DNA from: Abditibacterium sp.
Lineage (GTDB): Bacteria > Armatimonadota > Abditibacteriia > Abditibacteriales > Abditibacteriaceae
Length of the DNA: 64,000 nucleotides
Direction of reading: 5' to 3'
Assembly: GCA_965199495.1 (NCBI GenBank)
Contig: CBDASK010000003.1
Coordinates: forward strand, 2,240,001 to 2,304,000
The position numbers and the translations under genes were made by a program. Positions 48,315 to 57,964 of the stretch are shown one piece after another (position 1 is the stretch's first letter; each line of letters opens with the position of its first letter). Under the pieces are notes generated by a model, which worked only from the letters and a program-made list of their open reading frames with translations, searched no databases and was not told the DNA's origin.

Positions 48315-49583
48315 ATGCCCACGCCCCGCTTTTCTTATCTCAAAACGTTTTTGCTGGGCTTTGGCTTTTTCGGCGTCAGCGTTATTTGGGGCATTTACAA
48401 CGCGTTCGTGCCGCTATTTCTGGAAAAGAAATTTGGTCTATCGCCGGGCTGGATCGGCTTTTTCCTCACACTCGATAATATTGCGGCTTTAATTATACAG
48501 CCACCGGTCGGCACTTGGTCGGACAAACTGCGCACGCCTTTGGGCCGTCGGATGCCGTTTATTCTGATCGGTGCGCCCCTGAGCGCGCTCGCGTTTGGTT
48601 TTATTCCGCTCGCCGCCGTGTTGCCGATTTTTGTCGCTTGCACTTCAACCTTGATGCTTTCGATGGCCTTATGGCGCACGCCCGTCGTGGCTTTGATGCC
48701 CGATATTACGCCGTCGAAATATCGCTCGCAGGCCAATAGCATCATCACTTTGATGGGCGGATTGGGCGCGATTTTCGCTTATTTGGGCGGCGCGGCTTTG
48801 TTCAAAATCAACGCGGCTTATCCGTTTTGGTTGGGTTCGGCGCTGGTTTTGGGTGCGTCGGTGATGCTGCTTTTGTTCATCCGCGAGCCGAAAACTATTG
48901 AAGCGCCCGAAGCGCAACCGGGTCTGATCGAAAGTCTGGTTTTGCTATTTCAAGAGCGCGACAAAAGCGCGCTAATGTTTCTGCTGGCGCTTTTGTCATG
49001 GACGATTGGCTATACCGCCATCGAAGCGTTTTGGACGCTTTACGCGACCAATCATCTGCGCATTTCCGCCGCCGATGCCACACGATTACTGGGTCAACAC
49101 GCGGTGATGATCGTGATTTTCGCGTTGCCGTGCGGCTATCTGGCGGGCTTTCTCAAGCGTCGCACGCTCATCATCATCGGCCTGTGGCTGACGGCGGCGT
49201 TGCTAAGCGCGATGCACTTTTTGCCCATCGAAACCCTGAAAATTCCGCTCTTCACCGTGCCAATTTTGGGAGTCGTGCCGGTTGTCGGTGCGCTTTTGAT
49301 GGTCGCGGGCATCTCGTGGGCACTGATTACGATTCACGCCCTCCCAATGATCGTGGACATGACGACGGCGGCGCGGTTGGGCACCTACACCGGATTGTAT
49401 TATCTGTTTTCGACCAGCGCCGCGATTCTCGGCCCCAACCTCAACGGTTGGATCGTGCAGCTCAACGGCAAAGATTACAACACGGTTTTGCTGTTCGCGC
49501 CAATATGGATGCTGGGCGCATCGGCATTATTGTGGTTCGTCAAACGCGGCGAAGTCGAGGAAAGGATAAAGCCTGGAAAATAA
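48315..49583 (+). CDS. MFS transporter (SLC45/maltose-permease-like)
   Basis: 12 TM segments, SDKLRTPLGRRMPF, ALMPDITP, GTYTGLYY. Confidence 0.88.
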   Translation: MPTPRFSYLKTFLLGFGFFGVSVIWGIYNAFVPLFLEKKFGLSPGWIGFFLTLDNIAALIIQPPVGTWSDKLRTPLGRRMPFILIGAPLSALAFGFIPLAAVLPIFVACTSTLMLSMALWRTPVVALMPDITPSKYRSQANSIITLMGGLGAIFAYLGGAALFKINAAYPFWLGSALVLGASVMLLLFIREPKTIEAPEAQPGLIESLVLLFQERDKSALMFLLALLSWTIGYTAIEAFWTLYATNHLRISAADATRLLGQHAVMIVIFALPCGYLAGFLKRRTLIIIGLWLTAALLSAMHFLPIETLKIPLFTVPILGVVPVVGALLMVAGISWALITIHALPMIVDMTTAARLGTYTGLYYLFSTSAAILGPNLNGWIVQLNGKDYNTVLLFAPIWMLGASALLWFVKRGEVEERIKPGK

Positions 49584-49669
49584 AGGATAAAAATGGGGAT
49601 AAGCGTGCGGCAAAGTTAAAGCGAATCGAAACCTCACCTTTATCCTTCATCCTTAATCCTTTATCCTTT
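49561..49669. repeat. Inverted heptamer tandem-repeat element (AAGGATA)n
   Basis: AAAGGATAAAG...AAAGGATAA versus CCTTTATCCTTCATCCTTAATCCTTTATCCTTT. Confidence 0.7.
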
Positions 49670-49675
49670 CTTTTA

Positions 49676-50863
49676 ATGATTTCCCCCGAAGACGCTTTAA
49701 CTCAACTCGAACGTGGCGCCGATACCATTATTCCGCGCGACGAACTTTTAGAAAAACTCCGCAAATCCGCCAAGTCGGGCGAGCCGTTGCGCATCAAACT
49801 CGGCCTCGACCCAACGGCGCCCGATATTCATTTGGGTTTTGCCGTCGTTTTGCGCAAGTTGCGCCAATTTCAGGATTTGGGCCATCATGCGCATTTGATT
49901 ATCGGCGATTTCACCGCGCAAATCGGCGATCCGTCGGGCAAAAGCAAAACTCGCCCGCAACTCACGCGCGAGCAGGTCGAGGAAAACGCCAAGACCTATC
50001 AAACGCAATTATCCGAAATTTTGGATCCCGATAAAACCACGATTCACTTCAACGGCGATTGGTTGGGCAAAATGGGCTTTGCCGACGTAATTCGTCTGAC
50101 GGCGAAATATACCGTCGCGCAGATGCTCGAACGCGAAGATTTCGCGTCGCGTTTGGCCGACAATAAACCGGTCGGAATGCACGAAATTTTGTATCCGCTC
50201 TGTCAGGGCCAAGATTCAGTTGAAATTCGCGCCGATGTCGAATTGGGCGGGACGGATCAGCGATTCAATAATTTGGTCGGGCGCGATTTGCAACGCGCGA
50301 GCGGGCAGGAAGCGCAAGTCGTGTTGCTAATGCCGATTTTAGTCGGGTTGGACGGCGTGCAAAAAATGTCGAAAAGTTTGGGCAATTATGTCGGAATCAA
50401 CGATGCGCCCACTGAAATGTTCGGCAAACTGATGAGCATTCCCGACAACGTGATGCGCCAATATTACACGCTTTGCACGGCTATTCCACTCGATGAAGTT
50501 GACGCGATTTTGGCCGGACATCCGATGGACGCCAAAAAGCGATTGGGAAGGGAAATCGTCGCGATTTATCACGGCGCCGATGCAGCCACGGCGGCGCAAG
50601 CGGCATTCGAGCAACAGTTCTCGCGCGCCGAAACGCCCGACGAAATGCCCGAAATCGAAATCGCGGTTAAGGAAATCGGCGTCGTAGATTTGCTCGTCGC
50701 GTGCTTCGGCGGCAGCAAAAGCGAGGCGCGCCGCATGGTCGAGCAGGGCGCCGTGGCTGTTGATGGCGACAAAATAGATGACGCGACGGCAAACGTCGAG
50801 GCGCGCGATGGGATGACGGTGAAAATGGGCAAACGCCGTTGGGCGCGGGTGAAAGTCGGTTGA
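49676..50863 (+). CDS. tyrS: Tyrosine-tRNA ligase
   Basis: GLDPTAPDIHLG, GDPSGK, ELGGTDQ.FN, KMSKS, S4 domain. Confidence 0.96.
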   Translation: MISPEDALTQLERGADTIIPRDELLEKLRKSAKSGEPLRIKLGLDPTAPDIHLGFAVVLRKLRQFQDLGHHAHLIIGDFTAQIGDPSGKSKTRPQLTREQVEENAKTYQTQLSEILDPDKTTIHFNGDWLGKMGFADVIRLTAKYTVAQMLEREDFASRLADNKPVGMHEILYPLCQGQDSVEIRADVELGGTDQRFNNLVGRDLQRASGQEAQVVLLMPILVGLDGVQKMSKSLGNYVGINDAPTEMFGKLMSIPDNVMRQYYTLCTAIPLDEVDAILAGHPMDAKKRLGREIVAIYHGADAATAAQAAFEQQFSRAETPDEMPEIEIAVKEIGVVDLLVACFGGSKSEARRMVEQGAVAVDGDKIDDATANVEARDGMTVKMGKRRWARVKVG

Positions 50864-50892
50864 TTGCTCGCTCAGGAAGGGAAATTGAAATT

Positions 50893-51531
50893 ATGAATCA
50901 TCCGCATTTCGACGCCATCGCCACGCATATCGAAAAATATCTGGACGCGCCCGCCGCCGTGTGGGACGAGGACGGTCTCGATATTTTCGTCGTCGCGCCG
51001 ACCGACGAGCGCCCGTTTTTGACGCTCATAACGGCGGGCATGAGCGATGAACCGATGGACGCGCCCAAAGACGAATGGAAGTTGGCCGAGCTTTGTTTTT
51101 TGTTGCCCGCCGTGTGGCCGCTCGAACGCGATAAATGGGACGAATCGCACGAATGGACTTTGTTGTGGCTCAAATATCTGGCGAAATACCCGAACGAAAC
51201 AAATAATTGGCTGGGTTACGGCCACACGATTCCCAACGGCGAACCGCCGCAACCACTCGACGTGACGACCGAAGCCGTTAGCGTGATGCTGATTCCGCCG
51301 GTTTCCCTCCCCGAAAAATTCGCGCGCTTGCGCGTCGGCGATTCTGACGCCGAAATCATCAATTTCTGGGCTTTGGTGCCGCTCTTGCCCGACGAACTGC
51401 GCATGAAAATGCAATCTAAAACGCCGATGCTGTTGGAAAAAATGGAGAAAGCCAAACTCTCCGATATTCTCGAACCGGGCCGCCGCAGCGTTTTGGCATC
51501 GCGCGGGTTGAAGAAATTTTTGTTGGGTTAA
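50893..51531 (+). CDS. Suppressor-of-fused (SUFU)-like domain protein
   Basis: LITAGMSD.PM, EL, LAKYP....WLG.GHTIP, INFW.LVPL..E. Confidence 0.82.
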   Translation: MNHPHFDAIATHIEKYLDAPAAVWDEDGLDIFVVAPTDERPFLTLITAGMSDEPMDAPKDEWKLAELCFLLPAVWPLERDKWDESHEWTLLWLKYLAKYPNETNNWLGYGHTIPNGEPPQPLDVTTEAVSVMLIPPVSLPEKFARLRVGDSDAEIINFWALVPLLPDELRMKMQSKTPMLLEKMEKAKLSDILEPGRRSVLASRGLKKFLLG

Positions 51532-51538
51532 ATTTATA

Positions 51539-51631
51539 AAGTGACAGGTGGCAAGTGACAGGTGTTGAACGCAAATCTTCCAGCGTTCGCTTATTCTTAT
51601 CACTTGCCACCTGATACTTGTCACTTGTCAC
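51539..51631. repeat. Inverted heptamer tandem-repeat element (AAGTGAC)n
   Basis: AAGTGACAGGTGGCAAGTGACAGGTG versus CACTTGCCACCTGATACTTGTCACTTGTCAC. Confidence 0.8.
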
Positions 51632-51633
51632 AT

Positions 51634-52776
51634 ATGTTCCCCGTCTCGACTCAATTTTTTCATTTCGACCAACCCGACGCGCCATTGCGTCTGCACGCGG
51701 GCGCGCAGTTGCCGCAATTCACGCTCGCCTATGAGACTTATGGCACGCTCAACAAGCGGCGCGACAACGCGATTTTGCTGTTCCACGCGATGACCGGTTC
51801 GCATCACGCCGCCGGGTTCAACGACGATGTGGCTGGTGTCGGCGGACGTTGGACGAGCGAAATGCACGACGGTTGGTGGGACGGTTTTATCGGGCCGGGT
51901 AAAGCTCTCGACACTGACCGATTTTTCGTGATTTGCGCTAATTATCTGGGCGGTTGTTATGGCTCGACTGGCCCGACTTCGCCGCGCAACAACGGCGAAA
52001 TCTGGGGCGCGAATTTCCCCGCGATTCGCTTGGCCGACATCGTGGATTCGCAACTCAAATTAGTCGAACATCTGGGTGTCGAAACGTTGCACGCCGCCGT
52101 CGGCGCCTCGATTGGCGGACTTCTGGCACTGAGTCTGGCGACGCGTTATCCGCAACGCGTGAAAAACGTCGTGCCGATTGCGACGGGCGTCGAGACTTCG
52201 ATTACCACGAGATTATTAAATTTCGAGCAGATCAACGCCATCGAAGTTGACCCGAAATTTCAGGGCGGCGCCTACGATTTGGCCGATCCGCCGCGCGAAG
52301 GTCTGGCCTTGGCGCGCCGCATCGCGCACAAAACGTTTCGCTCGCTGGCGAGTCTGCGCGAATCGGCGCGCGACGAAATTATCACCGGCGCGCCGCCGTT
52401 TGGCTGGTATGAAATGAACGCGTCCGTCGAAAGTTATATGCTGCACCAGGGCGCCAAATTCGTCGAGCGTTTCGACGCCAATTCGTATCTGCGCATTTTG
52501 GACGCCTGGCAATGGTTCGACATCGTGCGCGAGGCGCGCGCCGAAAATATTGAAGCGCTGTTTCGGCGTTGTCGCAAACAAAAATTTTTAATTTTTTCGA
52601 TTGACTCGGATTTGTCGTTTCCACCCGAACAACAGGGCCGTTTGGTCGAAATTCTCGAAGATGCGGGCGTCGAAACGCTGTGGATCACGGTTCATTCGGG
52701 CAAAGGCCATGACTCGTTTTTGCTGGAGCCAAAGTTATACGCGCCGCATTTACGTGCGCTGTTGATGGGCGAATAA
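51634..52776 (+). CDS. metX: Homoserine O-acetyltransferase
   Basis: AYETYG, HAMTGS, GCYGSTGP, GASIGG nucleophile, FDANSY, GHDSFLLE. Confidence 0.93.
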   Translation: MFPVSTQFFHFDQPDAPLRLHAGAQLPQFTLAYETYGTLNKRRDNAILLFHAMTGSHHAAGFNDDVAGVGGRWTSEMHDGWWDGFIGPGKALDTDRFFVICANYLGGCYGSTGPTSPRNNGEIWGANFPAIRLADIVDSQLKLVEHLGVETLHAAVGASIGGLLALSLATRYPQRVKNVVPIATGVETSITTRLLNFEQINAIEVDPKFQGGAYDLADPPREGLALARRIAHKTFRSLASLRESARDEIITGAPPFGWYEMNASVESYMLHQGAKFVERFDANSYLRILDAWQWFDIVREARAENIEALFRRCRKQKFLIFSIDSDLSFPPEQQGRLVEILEDAGVETLWITVHSGKGHDSFLLEPKLYAPHLRALLMGE

Positions 52777-52780
52777 GATA

Positions 52781-52922
52781 AGCCACCAAGGACACCAAGA
52801 ACACACCAAGGGGCACCAAGAAGGGAGACGCAATTAAAATGCTGAAGAACTAACTTTTATAGTTTGCCTTTCCGAACGAATTGCTTCTCCCTTCTTGGTG
52901 CCCCTTGGTGTCCTTGGTGGCT
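52781..52922. repeat. Intergenic inverted-repeat element (GCCACCAAG family)
   Basis: AGCCACCAAGGACACCAAG...CTTGGTGTCCTTGGTGGCT; same ends as the outer element at 15638. Confidence 0.88.
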
Positions 52923-54232
52923 CATTTTATTTTCAAAGTCAGCGCGTTAGAAACCATAACTTCGCGGCGTTGCGTTGGGTCAACCGGATCGAGAGCCGAC
53001 GGATTATTGACCAATTCGCCGTTGATAATCAATTGCGTTGAACTGCCGCCGTCCAAATTCATCGCTTCGACGGCGCCCATTTGCGCGAATAAAACGGCGG
53101 TTTCGGGAATCGTTAATCCGACCGACGTGGCTTGCCGTCCGTCGGCGACCAAGAAAAGCCAATTTTTATCTTTGTCCCAACCAACCGCCGTGCGCGGCCC
53201 GCGCGCGATAACATCGGGCTGAAACTCTTCCTCGACTTCGTTGGTTTGTGCTTGCCCGTTCGCCACTAAACGTGGCCCGGCGCCGACAATTGTCGGATAA
53301 TTATCCCACTGCGTCGGTTCGTAACTGATAACCATGCGCATTGTGTCGGGCGCATGGGCGCCGGACAGCAGCCACGTCGCCATTGTGCCGCGCGCGACCA
53401 GCAAATAATCCTGCGCATCGAGCGGCACTTCATCGCCCGCTTTGTAAAACGCGGTGACTTTGCCGATTCTGCGCTGACGACCAAACAGACGAATCGGCCC
53501 ACCGCCCGCGTAAATGTGATTATCGGCTTTGACTTCGGAAATCGCCGCCGCCGTTTCGCCAGTTTTGAGCGTGTAACTCGGACTGAAATTGCGCGACAAC
53601 AACGAAAAACCATTGACAATCGCCGCGCGCTGGCCGGGCAAATTGAAACCGTTGAGCGCGGCCTCGCTTTTCATTTCGCCCGCGCGTAAAGCTGCGGCAT
53701 CTTCGGCAACCGTTGCCGAATCGCGAGTTAAGCTGATTTCCAAGCGGCCTTGAAGCGGCGCGATTAACGCAGATTTACCGTTCCAGCCCAGCGCGGTGCG
53801 ATTGCGCCACGGCAAACGCTGCCACTCGCCGCCGACTTTAACGGCGCCGACCGCGCCGCCGCCATACGCGAAAAAGCCGCCGTTAATCGCGACGATTGAT
53901 TTCGCTTGATCCGCCAGATTGCGGACGGAACGTTTTTTGACGACGTTGGTTACATCGGCGATTTCCAAACCCAGATCAATCAGTTTCGGGTCGGCTTTGA
54001 CGATCCAAAATCGCAAAGGGCCAGCTGGTGCCAGCGTTTGAACGCTTTGCAAAGTCAGGCCGGGTGCGAGTTGCGTGATAACGTTGCTCGGTTGAAATTC
54101 CGGCGGAATTTCTGGTTGTGCCTGCAAAGGCACAATATTCAGCGTCGCGAGTGCGGCGCTTGTGAAAGCGAGTTGAAATAATCGGCGTTTGGTCAGTCGT
54201 AAATTCATATAAATTGGCGCAGGGTAAGACAC
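52922..54232 (-). CDS. Phosphodiester glycosidase (NAGPA/DUF2233) family exported protein
   Basis: AINGGFF, GAGPRLV, PRTAVG, ADGR, AMNLDGGSS. Confidence 0.9.
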   Translation of the reverse strand: MSYPAPIYMNLRLTKRRLFQLAFTSAALATLNIVPLQAQPEIPPEFQPSNVITQLAPGLTLQSVQTLAPAGPLRFWIVKADPKLIDLGLEIADVTNVVKKRSVRNLADQAKSIVAINGGFFAYGGGAVGAVKVGGEWQRLPWRNRTALGWNGKSALIAPLQGRLEISLTRDSATVAEDAAALRAGEMKSEAALNGFNLPGQRAAIVNGFSLLSRNFSPSYTLKTGETAAAISEVKADNHIYAGGGPIRLFGRQRRIGKVTAFYKAGDEVPLDAQDYLLVARGTMATWLLSGAHAPDTMRMVISYEPTQWDNYPTIVGAGPRLVANGQAQTNEVEEEFQPDVIARGPRTAVGWDKDKNWLFLVADGRQATSVGLTIPETAVLFAQMGAVEAMNLDGGSSTQLIINGELVNNPSALDPVDPTQRREVMVSNALTLKIK

Positions 54233-54292
54233 GAAATGTGCGACTGTGAGGCGCAGTCAAACGTCCCTAATTTTTGTCAACGCTCGCAAATT

Positions 54293-55165
54293 ATGGATTC
54301 CCAATCGCCCTTGCCCGCCGTCCAACTGAACAAATCCAATTCCGAAGGCGCGCCGCCGGGTTCTCGGCCAATTCCGCGTTGGCGTTGGTGGGTTGCGCTT
54401 CTCATCGTCGGTTCATTTCCGGTTTTGGCCGCGCTCAGCTCGACGCGCCGCGTCGGTCACGACAGCCACGGCGAAGCGACTTTGCCCAAATCGGTCGAAG
54501 GTTTGCTGTTGCTGGGCGGGTTACAATTTGGATTTATCCTGTTGTTGTTCGGCCTGAGTTGGCTGTTTTCGCGCGCCACTAAAGACGAACTTTGGCTGCG
54601 CTGGCGTGAGGGCAACGCGCCAATTTGGAAAGGCGTGCTTTATTCGATTGGCTTGCGATTTTTGGCGGCGTTGCCGCTCATCGCGATTGGCATCGTGTTA
54701 ATGAATATGGGTTTCAGCGAACACCAACTCAAAGCGTGGATGGAGGGCAACAAGCCGCAAACCGAAGGCATCGGCGATTCGGTTCGCGCGGGCACGTTGC
54801 TCTACAAAGCAACGATGCTGACTTTTTTTAGTTTCGTCGTCGCCGGTTTGGGCGAAGAATTATGGCGTGGCGCGACGATGCGCGCTCTGCTCGAAATCGC
54901 GCCGCGTGCGTTGTCGCCGCTCGCCAAAAACGTCATCGTCGTCATCGTTTCGTCGGTCGTTTTCGGCGTTGGCCATTTGTATCAGGGCGTTATTGGCGTT
55001 TTAGTCACGACCGTTTTGGGCCTCGCGTTGGGCGCGCTCACGCTGCATCATCGTTCGATTTGGCCGTCGGTCATCGCGCACGGTTGCTTCGATGCGACGA
55101 CGTTTTTGATGGTCATGCTGGGCGCTGATAAAATGGCGCAAGAAGCGCATTTTTGGATGTTCTGA
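54293..55165 (+). CDS. CPBP (Abi/CAAX) intramembrane metalloprotease
   Basis: EELWRG, FGVGH, IAHGCFD. Confidence 0.9.
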   Translation: MDSQSPLPAVQLNKSNSEGAPPGSRPIPRWRWWVALLIVGSFPVLAALSSTRRVGHDSHGEATLPKSVEGLLLLGGLQFGFILLLFGLSWLFSRATKDELWLRWREGNAPIWKGVLYSIGLRFLAALPLIAIGIVLMNMGFSEHQLKAWMEGNKPQTEGIGDSVRAGTLLYKATMLTFFSFVVAGLGEELWRGATMRALLEIAPRALSPLAKNVIVVIVSSVVFGVGHLYQGVIGVLVTTVLGLALGALTLHHRSIWPSVIAHGCFDATTFLMVMLGADKMAQEAHFWMF

Positions 55166-55186
55166 AAAATTGGAGCGAGCGTGACA

Positions 55187-55275
55187 TTAGAGCGGCGGGG
55201 CTTGCGCCTCCTCCCAATCCTTTGCTTTGAGGAAAGTCCGCCGATTAGAAGGAGGCGCAAGCCCCGCCGCTCTAA
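55187..55275. repeat. REP-like inverted repeat
   Basis: 26-bp perfect IR TTAGAGCGGCGGGGCTTGCGCCTCCT / AGGAGGCGCAAGCCCCGCCGCTCTAA. Confidence 0.8.
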
Positions 55276-55281
55276 CAAAAC

Positions 55282-55310
55282 AAAAAGCCCCGGCCTAAAC
55301 CGGGGCTTTT
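55282..55310. terminator. Bidirectional terminator
   Basis: AAAAAGCCCCGG-CCTAAA-CCGGGGCTTTT. Confidence 0.8.
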
Positions 55311-55329
55311 ACTTTATCAACTGGAAATA

Positions 55330-55971
55330 TTACGATTCGACGCCCGGCGTTTCCGCCGCGCTCGATTCTTCGACGGTTTCGACCGGAGGCGCGCCTGCGG
55401 CCAAAGTCGCGGCGGCGTTGGCTTCGGCCAGAGGCGGCGTGGCGACACCGGCGGGACGCGGCGGGATAGTGGCCGACGTGGCTGATGCTTCGACGGGTTC
55501 GGCGGGCTTCTCGACGACGGGCGCCGGATTACCGATTTTTACGGGCAGTTCAACCGTGATGTCGCGGTGAAACTTGAGCGGAACGGTGTAGAATCCTTCG
55601 CTGCGAATCGGGTCGGCGAGCAGAACGTTGCGCTTGTCAATTTCGACATCGAAGCGATCTTTGAGCATCTGTGCGATGTCGGCGCTGCCAATCGAACCGT
55701 AAAGCCGCCCGCCCAAACCGACGTTGGCGTCGGAATAGTCGAGGGTTTTGTCTTTGATTTTGTCGGCTTCGATTTGCGCGCCGCCCTTCAATTTGTCCTG
55801 ACGGCGGTCTTCCTGTTTGCGCAGGTTTTCCAGACTGGCCATCGCGCCTTTGGTCGCGGCCATCGCCAGCGAACGCGGCAACAAGTAGTTGCGCGCAAAG
55901 CCATCGGCGACTGTGACAACGTCCATCGCCTGGCCCAATTTATCTACGTCTTGAGTCAAAATTACTCTCAT
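55330..55971 (-). CDS. rplI: 50S ribosomal protein bL9 with C-terminal low-complexity extension
   Basis: MRVILTQDVDKLG...V.DGFARNYLLP, GRLYGSI. Confidence 0.95.
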   Translation of the reverse strand: MRVILTQDVDKLGQAMDVVTVADGFARNYLLPRSLAMAATKGAMASLENLRKQEDRRQDKLKGGAQIEADKIKDKTLDYSDANVGLGGRLYGSIGSADIAQMLKDRFDVEIDKRNVLLADPIRSEGFYTVPLKFHRDITVELPVKIGNPAPVVEKPAEPVEASATSATIPPRPAGVATPPLAEANAAATLAAGAPPVETVEESSAAETPGVES

Positions 55972-56103
55972 GTTAATTGCTTCCTCTTAGTGTTCTCTCG
56001 GAAATGTGCCTTCAAAGGTTATCAGAAATCTAAACCGTTGTCATCTTTTTCAGGCAATAGTGAAAATTTCTTCGCGGAAAGCGATGAGGTTTTCTCCTTA
56101 CAT

Positions 56104-57852
56104 TCAAGGCCGCAAACGCACCGCAATCGAAGCCGAACTTTTGCCGCGAATGTCTTCCGTGCCCGCCATCAAATCCAGATTGCGCGTAATGGACAAGCCG
56201 CCATACAAGTTGTAGCTCGAATTGTTCAGCCCGTAAGCGTTGCCTTCGACGAAGAATTTGCCCTTGCGCGCTTCCAGCCCAACGCCTAACTTCGAGCGAT
56301 ATAAACCGTAGCGCGCCGCCAGATTGGGCGTCAGATATTTGCCGCTTTGCAGCGTGAAATCGTCGCCGCTACCGATGTTATCAATGCCGATGCGAAATGG
56401 GCCACCCAGCAAATTGGCGTCGAAACGCGCGTCGCCGAAGTTGCGTCCGTCTTGGCCCGGCGGCGTTTCGCTCAAATGGCGCAAAATCAGCGAAGCGCCG
56501 GGCGAGCCGAACGCATTAGAAACCGTTTTGTCCGCCGTGCCCTGCGCCGTGGCTGCATCGGTCTGCGCGCGCTTTTTGCCGCCCAACAGCGCGTTGATGC
56601 GCTCGGCGGAAGCGCGCGTCGCGGCCAGCGTATTATTCAAATTATCGGCGCTACCTTTTACGTCCGCTAAAAACGCCGGATCGGCGACAATTTTGTTGAT
56701 GCTGGTCGTCGTGACTTCCAGATTGCTGGAGATTGTGCCCAGGCTTGCCAAAACGCCTTTAAGCTGGCCGGTGCCATCGCCCGCCACGAAACCTTGAAGT
56801 GAAGCGGCGGTGTCGCGCAGCGATTCGGTGGATTCGCGCAGCGCGACCAAAGTGCGTTTCAAGTCGGTCGTCGTCGTCGGATCATCCGAAAGTTTGCGCA
56901 ACCCCGTAGTCGCCACGGCGACATTGTCGGCGGCGGTGCGCAGCGATTTGAGCGCGGCCTGCGAGTTTTCCTTGAAACCGCCTGCGCGCAGGGTGAAATC
57001 GAGCGTTTCGGTCAAACCGGCGATAGAATTCGAGGCGCGCGTGGTGTTGGCCAGTAGCGCCTTGAGTTGCCCGCGATTTTCTTGGGCGATGCCATTGAAA
57101 TTGCCGCTCGTCGTGCGCAACTCGCCGCGCGCATCGCTCACCAAACTGCGCACGTCGTTGGACAAGCCACCGGCGTCGCGCGTGGCTTTATCAATATTGG
57201 CCGAAGCGCGTTCGGCGTTGGCGAGCGTGCGCTGCAAACGGCTGGCGGTCTGCGGATCGAACGCCTGACTGGCGTTTTGCGTCAGTTTGGAAATGCTCTC
57301 CAACGTCTGCGCCAACTTTTTCTGATTGGGATTGTTCAACACGCCATTGTTGATATTATCGAGCGTGAGGTTGACTTTTTTAATCGTGCTTTCCAGACTT
57401 TTCGCGACATCATTGGCACTATTGGTCGCGGCCAAAATGCCGCCAGCGGCTTCAGCGGGAATCACTTCGTCGGGATCATCGGGCGTGTAAGTTTCGGATT
57501 TGGCATTGTATGGCCCGCGAATGTCCACGTAATTTTCGCCGACTAAACCCGAAATTTGGACGGAATACGCGTAGGTTTTGAGCAATTTATATGATGGATC
57601 GGCGCGGCGCACGGCGATTTTGAGAATCGGCTGTTGCGTTTTGGGATCGAAATTGACATCGGCGACCTGACCGATTTTTACGCCCTGCAAACGCACGTCG
57701 TTGCCTTGGGCAATCGAGGCGGCGCCGTTGAGGCGCAACGTATAAAACTCGGCGTTGAGGCCCAGTCCGCGCAGGTAAAAATAGCCGAAAACAATGAGCG
57801 CCAGCCCGCCTAAAAAGACGATGCCGACGCGAATTTCGTTGGAGTAACGCAT
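56104..57852 (-). CDS. mlaD: MCE/MlaD protein with long helical region and C-terminal beta-rich domain
   Basis: EIRVGIV TM, VRLQGVKIGQV, GLVGENYVDI; heptad repeats; beta-strand C-terminus. Confidence 0.85.
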   Translation of the reverse strand: MRYSNEIRVGIVFLGGLALIVFGYFYLRGLGLNAEFYTLRLNGAASIAQGNDVRLQGVKIGQVADVNFDPKTQQPILKIAVRRADPSYKLLKTYAYSVQISGLVGENYVDIRGPYNAKSETYTPDDPDEVIPAEAAGGILAATNSANDVAKSLESTIKKVNLTLDNINNGVLNNPNQKKLAQTLESISKLTQNASQAFDPQTASRLQRTLANAERASANIDKATRDAGGLSNDVRSLVSDARGELRTTSGNFNGIAQENRGQLKALLANTTRASNSIAGLTETLDFTLRAGGFKENSQAALKSLRTAADNVAVATTGLRKLSDDPTTTTDLKRTLVALRESTESLRDTAASLQGFVAGDGTGQLKGVLASLGTISSNLEVTTTSINKIVADPAFLADVKGSADNLNNTLAATRASAERINALLGGKKRAQTDAATAQGTADKTVSNAFGSPGASLILRHLSETPPGQDGRNFGDARFDANLLGGPFRIGIDNIGSGDDFTLQSGKYLTPNLAARYGLYRSKLGVGLEARKGKFFVEGNAYGLNNSSYNLYGGLSITRNLDLMAGTEDIRGKSSASIAVRLRP

Positions 57853-57860
57853 GGTTTTAG

Positions 57861-57960
57861 AGGGACAAGGGACAAGGAGTAAGGAAAGAAGGAAAGAGAG
57901 CGGAAATCGAAGCGTTTGCTTGGTCTCTCCTTGTCCCTTGTTTCCTGACACTTGTCCCTT
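57861..57960. repeat. Inverted heptamer tandem-repeat element (AAGGGAC)n
   Basis: AGGGACAAGGGACAAGGAG versus CTCCTTGTCCCTTG...CTTGTCCCT. Confidence 0.75.
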
Positions 57961-57964
57961 TTTA

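Noticed and set aside
48998..49675. Apparent long N-terminal extension of TyrS, or T-box leader
   Set aside because: Overlaps the MFS gene in another frame; no T-box motif; ATG 49676 fits
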